This document shows, piece after piece, positions 1-10,277 of a stretch of DNA of 64,000 nucleotides; position 1 is the first letter of the stretch; the number at the start of each line of letters is the position of its first letter. This DNA is from an uncultured Chloroflexia bacterium. GTDB lineage: Bacteria; Chloroflexota; Anaerolineae; CG2-30-64-16. A program made the translations under genes and the position numbers. The stretch is taken from assembly GCA_963810095.1 (NCBI GenBank), contig CAWEMM010000001.1, forward strand, positions 96,001-160,000. The letters run 5' to 3'. The notes below the pieces were generated by a model that saw only the letters and a program-made list of their open reading frames with translations, was not told the origin of the DNA and ran no database searches.

Positions 1-207
1 CTTCAGATTGGCGGGGTCGCGTACTTTGTCAACGGGACGGGCGGGGGCGCACGGTACGCGTTCAAGCCCACCCCCACGCCGGGCAGCCAGGCGCGGGTTG
101 CGGGCGCGTGGGGCGCGCAGAAGGTCACGGCGACGGACAAGGCCATCACCTTCGAGTTCTACACGGTGGATGGGAAGTTGGCGGACACTTACACGCTGAG
201 GAAATAG
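1..207 (+). CDS. C-terminal fragment of a probable metallophosphoesterase (5' end outside the window)
   Basis: Frame 1 read by hand gives LQIGGVAYFVNGTGG...ITFEFYTVDGKLADTYTLRK*, which resembles the C-terminus of calcineurin-like/acid phosphatases. Not in the ORF track. Confidence 0.55.
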   Translation, partial: LQIGGVAYFVNGTGGGARYAFKPTPTPGSQARVAGAWGAQKVTATDKAITFEFYTVDGKLADTYTLRK

Positions 208-230
208 GCGTCCGCGTCGCGCCTCGCGCG

Positions 231-1721
231 TTACATCGTCTCCTCGGATGCAAGCTCAGCGCGGCCGCGCTCGCCGATGACGTGACCCGGCGCCAACAGC
301 GTGACTAAGAGTCCGAGGAGGGCCGCAACGAATGCGGCGACAAACACCGCCGCAATTGCACCACCAACTGCGGCCACCACCGCCGTCGCCTGCGAGCCCA
401 GAGCACTCACGTCGCCGCCCCCGATGAGCACGCCGAGCGGCACTGTGGCAGGATCGATCCCGTCGGCCAGCAGGTTTGCGGTTACGCTCGAGGCCAGAAT
501 CGCGCCCATCACGCTCACCCCAAGCATGCCCCCGATGTTCCGGCTGAACTGGATGGTCGCGGTGGCTGCGCCCAGCATGTCGCGGCGGACCTCATTCTGA
601 ACTGCAATCAGGAACGCCGGCATGGCAAGGCCCATCCCCGACCCCATAAACGCAAGGCTCACGACGACCAGCAGCGTCGATGGGTTGGCGGCGATGCGCG
701 TCATCAAGGCTGTGCCGATCACCAGAAGCACCATGCCAACGACGGCCACAACCCGATAGCCCGTTCGCAGCAGCAGGCGCGTGCCGATAATGCTGGCGAT
801 CACCCAGCTCAACATCTGCGGGGTCAGCATACTGCCCGCAGCCGTGGCGCTGAGGCCCATGACCGCCTGACCGAACAGCGGGACGAAGTTCGCGCTGCCG
901 AACATGGCCCACCCGGCCAGCAACCCCTGGACCGTCGCGACGGCGAACAGGCGGTCGCGGAAGAGGCGCACGGGCAGGAGCGGATCGGGCGCCCGGCGTT
1001 CGACCCAGTAAAGCGCACCCATGCAGACGGCCGCAAGCCCGAATAAAACCCAGCTCAGCGGCTTGCCCAGATCGAGCAGCCCGATCAGGAACGCGACCAC
1101 CCCCAGCGTAAGGAGCGCCACCCCCGCATAATCGATCGAGGGCCGGCCGCCTGTGCGGGCCCGCTGAAGGTCGCGCCAAGCCACGCCGACCAACAGCATT
1201 GCAAGCAGGCCCGGCACAATATTGACGAAGAAAACCCAATGCCACGACAACTGGTCGACGAGGAACCCGCCGAGCAATGGACCGATGACCGAGGCGACGC
1301 CCCACACGCCCGAGAAGAGGCCCTGCATCTTCGCACGGCGCTCGAGCGACAGCATGTCCGCGATCATGGTGAAGGCGAGGGGCATGACGCCGCCCGCACC
1401 GAGGCCCTGAAGGGCCCGGAACGCGATCAACTGGCCCATGGTCTGCGATAGCCCACTTAAGACCGAGCCCACGAGAAAGATCGTCATCGAGATGAAGTAC
1501 AGGCGGCGCCGGCCATACAGGTCGGACAGCTTGCCGTACAAGGGCACCGTCGTCGTGGAGGTCAGCATGTAGGCGGTGAAGACCCAACTGTAGGTCGCCA
1601 GCCCGCCCAGCTCGGCCACGATGGTAGGCATGGCAGTGGCGACCACGGTCGATTCGACCGCAGCCAGGAACAGGCTGAGCATGATGCCCACGATGACGAC
1701 GCGAATGCGTTTTTCGGACAT
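231..1721 (-). CDS. MFS drug:H+ antiporter, DHA2 (EmrB/QacA) family
   Basis: 496 aa, about 14 hydrophobic segments, motif A GKLSDLYGRR, motifs RALQGLGAG and WHWVFFVN. Confidence 0.93.
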   Translation of the reverse strand: MSEKRIRVVIVGIMLSLFLAAVESTVVATAMPTIVAELGGLATYSWVFTAYMLTSTTTVPLYGKLSDLYGRRRLYFISMTIFLVGSVLSGLSQTMGQLIAFRALQGLGAGGVMPLAFTMIADMLSLERRAKMQGLFSGVWGVASVIGPLLGGFLVDQLSWHWVFFVNIVPGLLAMLLVGVAWRDLQRARTGGRPSIDYAGVALLTLGVVAFLIGLLDLGKPLSWVLFGLAAVCMGALYWVERRAPDPLLPVRLFRDRLFAVATVQGLLAGWAMFGSANFVPLFGQAVMGLSATAAGSMLTPQMLSWVIASIIGTRLLLRTGYRVVAVVGMVLLVIGTALMTRIAANPSTLLVVVSLAFMGSGMGLAMPAFLIAVQNEVRRDMLGAATATIQFSRNIGGMLGVSVMGAILASSVTANLLADGIDPATVPLGVLIGGGDVSALGSQATAVVAAVGGAIAAVFVAAFVAALLGLLVTLLAPGHVIGERGRAELASEETM

Positions 1722-1762
1722 TGAATCCCCGGGTTCCAGCCGGACGGAGCCGGCGCTTGATC

Positions 1763-2254
1763 TCAGGCGACTTGTGCGACGAAGTCGCCTACCTCGGCCG
1801 TTGGTAGCGCGGCCATCAAGTCAACGCTTCGGAGCACAATCGTTGTTCCCTGCACGCCCGAGCCCATCGAGACGACATCTTCCCGCAGCACGCCGCGGTC
1901 CACCAGCACGCGCATCGGCTCGGGCAGGCCAAACGGTGCGACCGCCCCGCGGGTGTAGCCGGTGACGTTGAGTAATTCCTCTTCACTTGCGGTGGTCAGG
2001 CGCGACTGGCCAAGGTACGAACGGAGCGCGGGCCACGCGATCTGGGCCGGCCCCGCCACGAGGACCATCACGAACTCGCCGGCCGCGGTGCGAAAAACGA
2101 TGCTGCGAATGACCTGCTCGGGCCGCTGGCCGCGCTCCTCGGCCGCTTGCTCCAGGGAGCGCAGGGGCCCGGGGTGCTTGAGCACCTGGTGGGGCACGCC
2201 GAGCCGCGCGAGATCGCGCGATACGGGCGTCGCGTCGGAAGTCAGTTCAATCAT
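1763..2254 (-). CDS. YbaK/EbsC family aminoacyl-tRNA deacylase
   Basis: 163 aa with TGYTRGAVAPFG and VSMGSG motifs. Confidence 0.85.
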   Translation of the reverse strand: MIELTSDATPVSRDLARLGVPHQVLKHPGPLRSLEQAAEERGQRPEQVIRSIVFRTAAGEFVMVLVAGPAQIAWPALRSYLGQSRLTTASEEELLNVTGYTRGAVAPFGLPEPMRVLVDRGVLREDVVSMGSGVQGTTIVLRSVDLMAALPTAEVGDFVAQVA

Positions 2255-2441
2255 GTAAGCTCACTTTGGATAGAATCGCAAGGATCGAATTCTACACCTC
2301 CGCCGCGTCAGCAACAAGGGCGCGGCGCAACCCGCGGCACGTCCGCGCCGTACTGGAATGCAAGCGCCCGCACGGGTGCACGTCCAGCGACCACGCGCCG
2401 GCACTCTGCGCACGCCCGGCACCGCTGCGAAGGAGTATGAA

Positions 2442-3269
2442 ATGAACCCGCTACACGACGAGAACATGTTGGCGACGACTGCCCGGTGGACGGCGGCCGC
2501 CCACGCGCGGGAGACATCGCGGCCCGACGCGCTGCTGCACGACCCGTGGGCCGAACTGCTCGCCGGCGAGGCCGGGATGGAATGGATTGCCGACCGCCCC
2601 GAGGGTGGCACGCTGCCCATCCTCCTGCGCACGCGCTACTTCGACGATTACCTGGTGCAGGTGACGGCAGAGGGCATACGCCAGGTGGTGCTCCTGGCTG
2701 CGGGGCTCGACACGCGCGCATTCCGCCTGTCATGGCCCGAGGGTGCGGTGGTCTACGAGGTGGACCAGCCCAGCGTGGTGACCCACAAGGAACGGGCATT
2801 GGCCGGCGCCCGGCCCGGGTGCGAGCGCCGCGTCGTCGCGGCGGACCTGACGGATCCGTGGCAGGACAAGCTGTGCAGGTCCGGGTTTAGGCCGGATGCT
2901 CCGGCGTGCTTCCTGCTGGAGGGTTTTCTGTTCTACCTGCCCCAGCCGGACATGGAGCGCGTTCTCGACGAAGTTGCGGCCTTCGCCGCGCCTCGCAGCC
3001 GCATCGGCTTCGATGCCGTGAACTCTGCGACCTACACCAATCCCTACACGAAGCCCTGGCTCGACATGCAAGCCGCGGCCGGCGCGCCCTGGCTGAGTGC
3101 GCTGGACAATCCACTCGACTTTATGGCCGTCCGTGGCTGGGACGTGAGCTTGACACAGGCAGGTCAGCCGGACGCGAACTACGGCCGGTGGAGCCTGCCC
3201 ATTCTGCCGGTGACCCTGCCGGGTGCTCCGCACAACTGGTACGTGACGGGGACAAAACGCGCCCTGTAG
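2442..3269 (+). CDS. SAM-dependent methyltransferase, LCM family
   Basis: RTRYFDD, QVVLLAAGLDTRAFRL, YEVDQP and LLEGFLFYL motifs. AGGAG precedes the ATG at 2442. Confidence 0.9.
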   Translation: MNPLHDENMLATTARWTAAAHARETSRPDALLHDPWAELLAGEAGMEWIADRPEGGTLPILLRTRYFDDYLVQVTAEGIRQVVLLAAGLDTRAFRLSWPEGAVVYEVDQPSVVTHKERALAGARPGCERRVVAADLTDPWQDKLCRSGFRPDAPACFLLEGFLFYLPQPDMERVLDEVAAFAAPRSRIGFDAVNSATYTNPYTKPWLDMQAAAGAPWLSALDNPLDFMAVRGWDVSLTQAGQPDANYGRWSLPILPVTLPGAPHNWYVTGTKRAL

Positions 3270-3278
3270 GGCAGCGGC

Positions 3279-4307
3279 TTAACCGCGGTCCAGCGCCGCA
3301 AAGTCCATGTCGAGATACGGCACGTCGTGCTCGATCCGGGCTTTGCGGCCGCGCATGAAGGCGGCGGCCCACTCGTCGTCGATCAGTGAGACATCTCCGT
3401 CGGGAATCGCGAAGTCGCGGTAGATCACCGCGTACATCTCGATTTCACGCAGTTTCATGAACCACGGCAGTTCCGCCAGCCACCAGCGCTCCAACGCGTT
3501 CTCCTCCCGATACCCCCGCATGAAGTGGCTCAGGAAGTGCTCCGCGAATTCGGCGTTGTTTCGCTTGCCCATCGCAATGTAGAACAGCACCATCGCAATG
3601 TCGTTCGCGAAATAGTGGTAGCCGCAGTCGTCGAAATCGAAAAGTGTGAGCCGGCCGGCTGTGTCGACGTGCATGTTCGCGCCGTGCGCATCCTGGTGGG
3701 TCAGGCCGTAGGAATCCCGGCCGCGAGGGAGGCCGCGCACGTGGGTCAGGGCCTCCGCATAGCGCTCGCGGGCCAACTCCTCCCCGTCCGGCATGTAAGG
3801 GTCCACGTACATGAAGATCGGGTCGTCCCACTCCGGCCGCCGCCACTCGGGCCGGCTGGGCGCATAGTCCTTTGTCAGCGCGTGCATACGTCCGATCAGC
3901 CGGCCGTATGCCTCGAATAGCTCTGGCGTCCACCCGACGTTCCACGGCTGGTCGCCCTCCGCCTTAACGAACGCGGTGGCGTAGAATTGCCCACCCTGCC
4001 CATCTTCGATCGTTTCCACGAGGTTCCCGGCCGGCGAAGGAACGGCTCGAGCCACCCGGGCGCCGCCCCGAGCCAGATAATTGATCCAGTCGACCTCGCC
4101 GTAGATCAGTTCGGGCGTTCGGCGCAGGCTGTGGCTCAGCCGCAGAATGAAGGAGTGAGTCTGCCCGGCGGGGGCAGCTTTCTCGAACTCAAAGATGAAG
4201 CTCTCGAACGCGTCGAGCGGCCGGATCGCGCCGGGCGCGATGTGATAGCGCTCGGATGCGGCGTCCAGCACCTCAGGATGGTAGCGGTCGAGAATGCGTT
4301 TTTCCAC
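3279..4307 (-). CDS. Phosphotransferase, APH/homoserine kinase type II-like
   Basis: Brenner-type motif LTHQDAHGAN and FDFDD. Confidence 0.85.
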   Translation of the reverse strand: MEKRILDRYHPEVLDAASERYHIAPGAIRPLDAFESFIFEFEKAAPAGQTHSFILRLSHSLRRTPELIYGEVDWINYLARGGARVARAVPSPAGNLVETIEDGQGGQFYATAFVKAEGDQPWNVGWTPELFEAYGRLIGRMHALTKDYAPSRPEWRRPEWDDPIFMYVDPYMPDGEELARERYAEALTHVRGLPRGRDSYGLTHQDAHGANMHVDTAGRLTLFDFDDCGYHYFANDIAMVLFYIAMGKRNNAEFAEHFLSHFMRGYREENALERWWLAELPWFMKLREIEMYAVIYRDFAIPDGDVSLIDDEWAAAFMRGRKARIEHDVPYLDMDFAALDRG

Positions 4308-4414
4308 GTGTTGCTCCTGGTCCAGGGTGGCAGCGAGTGGGCAGTGTAGTGCTAAAATGGAGGAAAGCCAAACGCCTCGAGGCAGGTCGAACGGGGCTGC
4401 TTAGGAGTACACCG

Positions 4415-5203
4415 ATGACCACCTTGCGCCTGTACCAGGTCGATGCCTTCACCTGTAACCTGTTCGCCGGCAATCCTGCGGCCGTCTGCCCCCTGGAGAC
4501 GTGGCCGGAGGACGAGCTCCTGCAGGCTATCGCGCAGGAAAACAATCTCTCGGAGACGGCCTTCTTTGCGCCCGAAGGCGCCGGCTACCGTCTGCGATGG
4601 TTCACCCCCGTCAAAGAAGTCAGCCTGTGCGGCCACGCCACGCTTGCGTCTGCCTTTGTCATCTTCACGGAGTTGGAGCCCGACCGGCACATGGTGCGCT
4701 TCGAGACGGCCAGTGGTCCGCTGTTCGTGCAGCGCGACGGGGAGCGGATGGTGATTGACTTCCCCGCCCGGAAGCTCGAAGGGTGCGAGCCGCCGCCCGA
4801 GCTGATGCAGGGGATCCGAAAGGAACCGCGGGAACTGTGGACGGTGACGCCCGGTCGCAGCTTCGTCCTGGTGTACGAGCGGGAGGCGGAGGTGCGCGAG
4901 ATTTGGCCCGACTTCGGCGCGCTGGCCGCGTTGGGCCGGTCCGTCGCCATCACCGCGCCCGGCGACCACTCCGATTGCGCATCGCGCTACTTTGCCCCCC
5001 ATGCCGGCATCCCGGAAGACCCGGTCACCGGTTCGATCCACTGTGCGCTGGTGCCGTACTGGGCTGCGCGGCTGGGCAAGCGGGAGATTTACGCCCGGCA
5101 GGTGTCGCGGCGGGGAGGTGAACTGTTCTGCGAGGACAACGGGCCGCGCGTCAAGATCGCCGGGTACGCGGTGAAGTACATGGAAGGCGTCCTGGAGCTG
5201 TGA
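4415..5203 (+). CDS. PhzF family isomerase
   Basis: QVDAF..GNPAAV, NLSETAF, LCGHAT and EDPVTGS motifs. AGGAG precedes 4415. Confidence 0.93.
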   Translation: MTTLRLYQVDAFTCNLFAGNPAAVCPLETWPEDELLQAIAQENNLSETAFFAPEGAGYRLRWFTPVKEVSLCGHATLASAFVIFTELEPDRHMVRFETASGPLFVQRDGERMVIDFPARKLEGCEPPPELMQGIRKEPRELWTVTPGRSFVLVYEREAEVREIWPDFGALAALGRSVAITAPGDHSDCASRYFAPHAGIPEDPVTGSIHCALVPYWAARLGKREIYARQVSRRGGELFCEDNGPRVKIAGYAVKYMEGVLEL

Positions 5204-5304
5204 CCCGGCCGCGCAGCAGCGTGCGCGCATACCGTAACTTACGTCACTGCCAGGCGCCCCAGGCTGTGGCATGCTCACGACTATCCCGATAAGGAGCACT
5301 GCCG

Positions 5305-5772
5305 ATGCAGAAAGTCACGCCGTTCTTGTGGTTCAACGGGCAGGCTGAAGAGGCGGCCAAGTTCTACACGTCCATCTTCAAGAATGCAACGATCACGAGC
5401 GTCAACCGCATGGATGACACGCCGAGCGGGAATGTCAGCGTCGTCGCGTTCGAGCTCGACGGCCAGCCCTTCATGGCGCTCAACGCCGGACCCGAGTTTT
5501 CTTTTACCCCGGCCATCTCGCTTTACGTCAACTGCGACACGCAGGAAGAGGTCGACTACTTCTGGTCGCGGCTCACGGAGGGCGGCCAGGAAGAACAGTG
5601 CGGGTGGCTGCGCGACAAGTTCGGCCTCTCGTGGCAGATCGTGCCGGCCGAGCTGGGTCAGTACATCGGCGGGCCCGACCCTGAAGGCGCGCGCCGAGCG
5701 ACGCAGGCCATGCTGGGGATGGTGAAGCTCGACATTGCCGGCCTCCGCCGCGCCTACGAGGGTGAGGGCTAG
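5305..5772 (+). CDS. VOC/PhnB-like protein (3-dmu-9 3-methyltransferase family)
   Basis: MQKVTPFLWF and CGWLRDKFGLSWQIVP motifs. Confidence 0.92.
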   Translation: MQKVTPFLWFNGQAEEAAKFYTSIFKNATITSVNRMDDTPSGNVSVVAFELDGQPFMALNAGPEFSFTPAISLYVNCDTQEEVDYFWSRLTEGGQEEQCGWLRDKFGLSWQIVPAELGQYIGGPDPEGARRATQAMLGMVKLDIAGLRRAYEGEG

Positions 5773-5824
5773 ACCTGCCCACACCTTCGAGCCCGCCTTC
5801 GCTTCGTCGGAGGGATGGGACGCC

Positions 5825-6391
5825 GTGATTGAGATTGTACCTTACCGCGACCAATGGCCCGCGGAGTTCCGGGCCTTGGCTGCGCCCATTCGGCGCGGCC
5901 TGGGCCCCCTCGCACTGCGGATCGACCACATCGGCTCTACGGCTGTGCCGGGGCTGGCGGCCAAAGACATCGTCGACATGCAGATCACGGTCGCCCGCCT
6001 CGAGCGCGCGCTCGAAGCCGCGCTCAACACGGCCGGCTATGAGAGGGTCGAACGCATCACTCAAGACCATGTGCCGCCGGCCGGGCCCGCCGACCCCGCA
6101 CAGTGGACCAAGTGGTACTTCAAGCCCGCGATCGGGCAGCGCGTCCACGTGCACGTGCGGGTGGCCGGGCGGCCGAACCAGCGTTACCCGCTGCTCTTCC
6201 GCGACTACCTGCGCAGCGACGCGGCGGCCCGCGACGCGTACGCGCAGGTCAAGCAGGCGCTCGCCCGCCTGCACCCCAACGACAAGGACGCCTATTACGA
6301 CGTGAAGGACCCCGTGTGCGACCTCATTGTGGCCGCGGCCGAATGCTGGGCGGCAGCCACCGGCTGGGCGCCGGAAGCCTCGGATTTCTAG
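5825..6391 (+). CDS. GrpB (UPF0157) family protein
   Basis: IDHIGSTAVPGLAAKDIVD and LFRDYLR motifs. GTG start inferred. Confidence 0.88.
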   Translation: MIEIVPYRDQWPAEFRALAAPIRRGLGPLALRIDHIGSTAVPGLAAKDIVDMQITVARLERALEAALNTAGYERVERITQDHVPPAGPADPAQWTKWYFKPAIGQRVHVHVRVAGRPNQRYPLLFRDYLRSDAAARDAYAQVKQALARLHPNDKDAYYDVKDPVCDLIVAAAECWAAATGWAPEASDF

Positions 6392-6533
6392 CGCCGGGGT
6401 CCGTCGTTCGCGTCGCTCTTGCGTAGCAAATATGACGAACGTTCTTGCCACGTTCCGCGCTTTCGAGTAGAGTTAATCCATACCCCAGACAGGGCGGCAG
6501 CGCCCCTAAATCCACCTCGAAGGAGACGTGGCT

Positions 6534-7598
6534 ATGCACAAGAAGCTGTTCATCCCCGGGCCAACGGAAGTGCGGGAGGAGATCCTGCAGGCCATGGCCA
6601 CCCCGATGATCGGTCACCGCTCCTCGGCCTATGCCGAGTTGCACCAGCGAGTCGAAGAGAAGGTCAAGAAGCTGCTGAACGCCGAACGGCGGGTGTTCCT
6701 GTTTACCTCCGCGTCCACCGGCGTGATGGAAGGTGCGATCCGCAACTGCGTTGGGAAGAAGGTGCTTAACACCCTCAACGGCGAGTTCTCCCGGCGCTGG
6801 TTCGAAATTGCGAAGAGCTGTGGCGTTGCGACCGGCACGGTGGAAGTTGAGCCGGGCAAGGCGGTCACGCCCGAGTTGGTCGATGCAGCCCTGGCAACCG
6901 GCGAGTATGATACACTCTGCCTGACCTACAACGAGACCTCCACCGGCATCCTCGGACCTGTGCCCGAGATCGCCAAGATGGCGCGCGCGAAGTATCCCGA
7001 CGTCATCATCATGGTCGACGCGGTGTCTTGCATGGCAGGTACGCCCATCGACTTCGACGGCTGGGGGCTGGACGTCTGCCTGGCCGGCGTGCAGAAGTGC
7101 TTTGCCCTGCCGCCCGGGTTCGCCGTTTGTGCGGTCAGCGAGCGCGCTTTCGAGCGCGCCAAGACCATCCCGAATCGCGGCTACTACTTCGACTTCATCG
7201 AGAACGAAAAGTATGCGGTCAAGTTCAACACCCCCGCCACTCCCGGCATCAGCTTCCTCTACGCGCTCGACAAACAGATGGACTGCATGTTTGCCGAGGG
7301 GTTGGAGAACCGCTATGCCCGCCACCTGGACATGGCCCGGTTCACCCGGGAGTGGGGCAAGAAGCATTTTGGGCTGTTCGGCGACGAGAACTATTTGTCC
7401 CCGACGATCACGCAAATCGTGAACAACGGCTTCGACTTCAGCGCGCTGAACAAAGAGCTCGGCAAGCGGGGCGCGCAGATCTCAGACGGCTACGGTCCGT
7501 TCAAGGGCAAGACTTTCCGGATCGGCCACATGGGCGACCTGACCCTCGCCGACATCACCTGGCTGACCGGCGAGATTGACGACATTCTAAAACTATAG
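6534..7598 (+). CDS. Class V PLP aminotransferase (alanine-glyoxylate/serine-pyruvate type), probably acting as phosphoserine aminotransferase
   Basis: IPGPT, NETSTG, VDAVS, AGVQK (PLP lysine) and FRIGHMG motifs. Lies directly upstream of serA. Confidence 0.88.
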   Translation: MHKKLFIPGPTEVREEILQAMATPMIGHRSSAYAELHQRVEEKVKKLLNAERRVFLFTSASTGVMEGAIRNCVGKKVLNTLNGEFSRRWFEIAKSCGVATGTVEVEPGKAVTPELVDAALATGEYDTLCLTYNETSTGILGPVPEIAKMARAKYPDVIIMVDAVSCMAGTPIDFDGWGLDVCLAGVQKCFALPPGFAVCAVSERAFERAKTIPNRGYYFDFIENEKYAVKFNTPATPGISFLYALDKQMDCMFAEGLENRYARHLDMARFTREWGKKHFGLFGDENYLSPTITQIVNNGFDFSALNKELGKRGAQISDGYGPFKGKTFRIGHMGDLTLADITWLTGEIDDILKL

Positions 7599-7606
7599 GC
7601 TGACGC

Positions 7607-7690
7607 AACCACGAAGAACCGAAGACCCGAAGGTTCACAAAGGCTTCAAGCAGACTTGGTGAACCTTTGGTTCTTCGTGTCCTGGTGGTT
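7607..7690. repeat. Miniature palindromic element, 8-bp period arms (family 1)
   Basis: AACCACGAAG-AACCGAAG-ACCCGAAG...CTTTGGTT-CTTCGTGT-CCTGGTGGTT inverted arms, intergenic. Confidence 0.7.
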
Positions 7691-7718
7691 CCGGCACCGC
7701 CGCAATAGGAGAAGTGCA

Positions 7719-8630
7719 ATGAAGGTATTGGTTTGCGATTCGATTTCGCCGCGCGCGGTGGAGCGCATGCGGAAGGCCGGGCTGGACGTCGACGTCGACG
7801 ACAAGATTACGCCCGAGGATCTGCTCCAGAAGATCGGCCCCTACGACGCGATGGTCGTCCGCTCTCGGACAAAGGTCCGCAAGCAGGTCATCGACTGCGC
7901 GACGAATCTGAAGGTCGTGGTGCGCGGCGGCGTGGGCGTGGACAACATCGACGTCGCATACGCCGAGGCGAAGGGCATCCGCATTATGAACACGCCCGGC
8001 GCCAGCACGCACGCGGTCGCAGAGTTGGCGGTGGCCTACATTTTCGCGCTGGCCAGGCCCATTGTGCAGGCGACCGAGTCGATGCGCGGGGGCTTGTGGG
8101 AGAAGTCGAAGTTCGAAGGCATCGAGGTAGCCGGCAAGGTGCTGGGCATCATCGGCATGGGCCGGATCGGCCTGGCGCTGGCGCAGCGCGCGGCCGCGAT
8201 CGGCATGCTGGTGCTCGGCTACGACAGCCGCACGGTGGGCGCCGCGCCCTTCATGCAAATGGTCGAGCTCGACGAATTGCTGGCCAAGAGCGACTTCCTC
8301 TCGCTGCACATCCCGCTGACCGAGTCGTCGAAGCACATGCTTAACGCCGAGATGTTCGCCAAGATGAAGCAGGGCGTCCGCATTGTGGACTGCGCCCGCG
8401 GCGGCGTGATCGACGAACAGGCGCTGTACGACGCTATCGTGGCCGGCAAGGTCGCCGGCGCGGCGCTTGACGTCTTCGAGAACGAACCGCTGACCGATCG
8501 CAAGCTCTTCGAGCTTTCGCAGGTGATCGGCTCGCCGCACGTGGGCGCCGCAACCAAAGAAGCGACAGGCCGCATCGGCGACGAAGTGGCCGACCTTCTG
8601 ATTGGAGTCAGCCAGGAACCCTGTAGCTGA
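7719..8630 (+). CDS. serA: D-3-phosphoglycerate dehydrogenase, short form without ACT domain
   Basis: VRSRTKV, GVGVDNID, GIIGMGRIG, ALDVFENEP and SPHVGAAT motifs; about 303 aa. Confidence 0.85.
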   Translation: MKVLVCDSISPRAVERMRKAGLDVDVDDKITPEDLLQKIGPYDAMVVRSRTKVRKQVIDCATNLKVVVRGGVGVDNIDVAYAEAKGIRIMNTPGASTHAVAELAVAYIFALARPIVQATESMRGGLWEKSKFEGIEVAGKVLGIIGMGRIGLALAQRAAAIGMLVLGYDSRTVGAAPFMQMVELDELLAKSDFLSLHIPLTESSKHMLNAEMFAKMKQGVRIVDCARGGVIDEQALYDAIVAGKVAGAALDVFENEPLTDRKLFELSQVIGSPHVGAATKEATGRIGDEVADLLIGVSQEPCS

Positions 8631-8636
8631 AAGCCA

Positions 8637-8726
8637 AATGGGACGCAGATTGAACCGATCGAACTGATCTGCCTGATCTTACAGTATCATGAGGATCAGT
8701 TCGATCGATCAGATCAGCGTCCTTTT
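8637..8726. repeat. Miniature palindromic element (family 2)
   Basis: AATGGGACGCAGATTGAAC...GATCAGCGTCC. Near-identical 5' end recurs at 29792. Confidence 0.7.
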
Positions 8727-8749
8727 CCCGATCCAGTAAAGAGCAAAAC

Positions 8750-10108
8750 ATGACCAAAGGCGTTCAGATTCCCACTGTTCTCCTCCCGCGTCCTGGCGTC
8801 GACCTGTCCAAATGGGCAGTCATCGCTTGTGACCAGTTCACCTCCGAGCCGGAGTACTGGGCCGAAGTGGCCCGCATCGTCGGCGACGCACCCTCCACTT
8901 ATCACATCACGCTGCCCGAAGCCTACCTGGACACGCCCGAGGAACCGGCACGCGTGCAGTCCATTAAGGACACGATGCACGAGTACCTCAACCAGCGGCT
9001 GTTCGAGGCGTTCCAGGGGATCGTGCTGGTCGAACGCTCGGTGGCCTCGGGCGACCAGAGCAGCGCGAAAACCCGCCACGGGATCATGCTGGCGCTCGAC
9101 CTGGAGCAATACGACTACGCGAAGGGTTCGACAAGCTTGATCCGTGCGACGGAGGGCACGATCCTAGAGCGTATCCCACCGCGCGTGCGGATTCGGTCGG
9201 GCGCGCCGCTTGAGCTGCCGCACATCCTCGTCCTGATCGACGACCCCGAAGGCACCGTCATCGAGCCGCTGGTCGCCCGGCAGTCTGTCCTGCGCCAGCT
9301 GTACGATTTCGACCTCATGCTGGGCAGCGGCCATCTCGCCGGGTACGCGGTGGACGACGACCGGGCGACGGCCGGCGTGCTCGCCGCGCTGGGCGCCCTG
9401 GGCGAGCCTGAGACGTTTGCGGCCAAGTACGGCCTGCCCGGGAGTACGCCCCCCATGGTCTTTGCCATGGGCGACGGGAATCACTCCCTCGCGACGGCGA
9501 AGGCGATCTGGGAGGACCTGAAGAGTGAGGTCGGCGCCGCTGCCTCCGGCAGCGCAGACCACCCGGCCCGCTACGCGTTGGTCGAGATCGAGAACATCCA
9601 CGACGAGGGGTTGGAGTTCGAGCCCATCTTCCGCGTGCTCTTCGACGTGAAGCAGGACCTGCGCGAGGCGCTGGATCGCTTCTACCCGGATCGTTTCAAG
9701 CTGGTGCAGGCGGCAAACTGCGACGCGATGAAGACGCTGGTGGACGAGGACAAGCCGGGGGGGCCGCAGGCCATCGGCGTGATCGGCCACGACGGGTACG
9801 AAGTGCTGTACGTCAGCCAGCCGCCGTCCAACCTGCCCGTGGGCACCCTCCAGCAGTTCCTGGATGCCTGGGGCAAGGGCGCCATTACCGGATCGGCCGG
9901 CTTCGGCAAGATCGATTACGTCCATGGCCTGGACGTGACCGAACGCCTGGGTTCGCAGGCGGGGAACCTGGGCTTCTATTTGCCCGCCATCGACAAGTCC
10001 AGCTTCTTCAAGACAGTCATCGTCGACGGGGCTCTCCCGCGCAAGACTTTCTCGATGGGCGAGGCCAAGGAGAAACGCTTCTACATGGAGGCTCGGCAGA
10101 TCGTCTAG
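8750..10108 (+). CDS. DUF1015 family protein
   Basis: WAVIACDQFTS, IRATEGT, MGDGNHSLATAK and LPRKTFSMG motifs. Third gene of the aminotransferase-serA operon. Confidence 0.85.
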   Translation: MTKGVQIPTVLLPRPGVDLSKWAVIACDQFTSEPEYWAEVARIVGDAPSTYHITLPEAYLDTPEEPARVQSIKDTMHEYLNQRLFEAFQGIVLVERSVASGDQSSAKTRHGIMLALDLEQYDYAKGSTSLIRATEGTILERIPPRVRIRSGAPLELPHILVLIDDPEGTVIEPLVARQSVLRQLYDFDLMLGSGHLAGYAVDDDRATAGVLAALGALGEPETFAAKYGLPGSTPPMVFAMGDGNHSLATAKAIWEDLKSEVGAAASGSADHPARYALVEIENIHDEGLEFEPIFRVLFDVKQDLREALDRFYPDRFKLVQAANCDAMKTLVDEDKPGGPQAIGVIGHDGYEVLYVSQPPSNLPVGTLQQFLDAWGKGAITGSAGFGKIDYVHGLDVTERLGSQAGNLGFYLPAIDKSSFFKTVIVDGALPRKTFSMGEAKEKRFYMEARQIV

Positions 10109-10277
10109 GGGCATTGTTCAGACACCCTCGCACGACCTTATCGGTCTCAGCAAGCCCCACGCCCAATCCTTTAGCACGGACGTGGTACAAGCCGGCAGAC
10201 GGTTCGCTTCACCCAGGCGGGTGACTCCAACTCCATACGACAGGTCAACCCATTTTCAGCCAGAGGAGGCAGGAAAG

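Noticed and set aside
10109-10277. Riboswitch in the 5'-nucleotidase leader
   Set aside because: I could not match purine, c-di-GMP or c-di-AMP consensus elements by eye. An Rfam scan would settle it.
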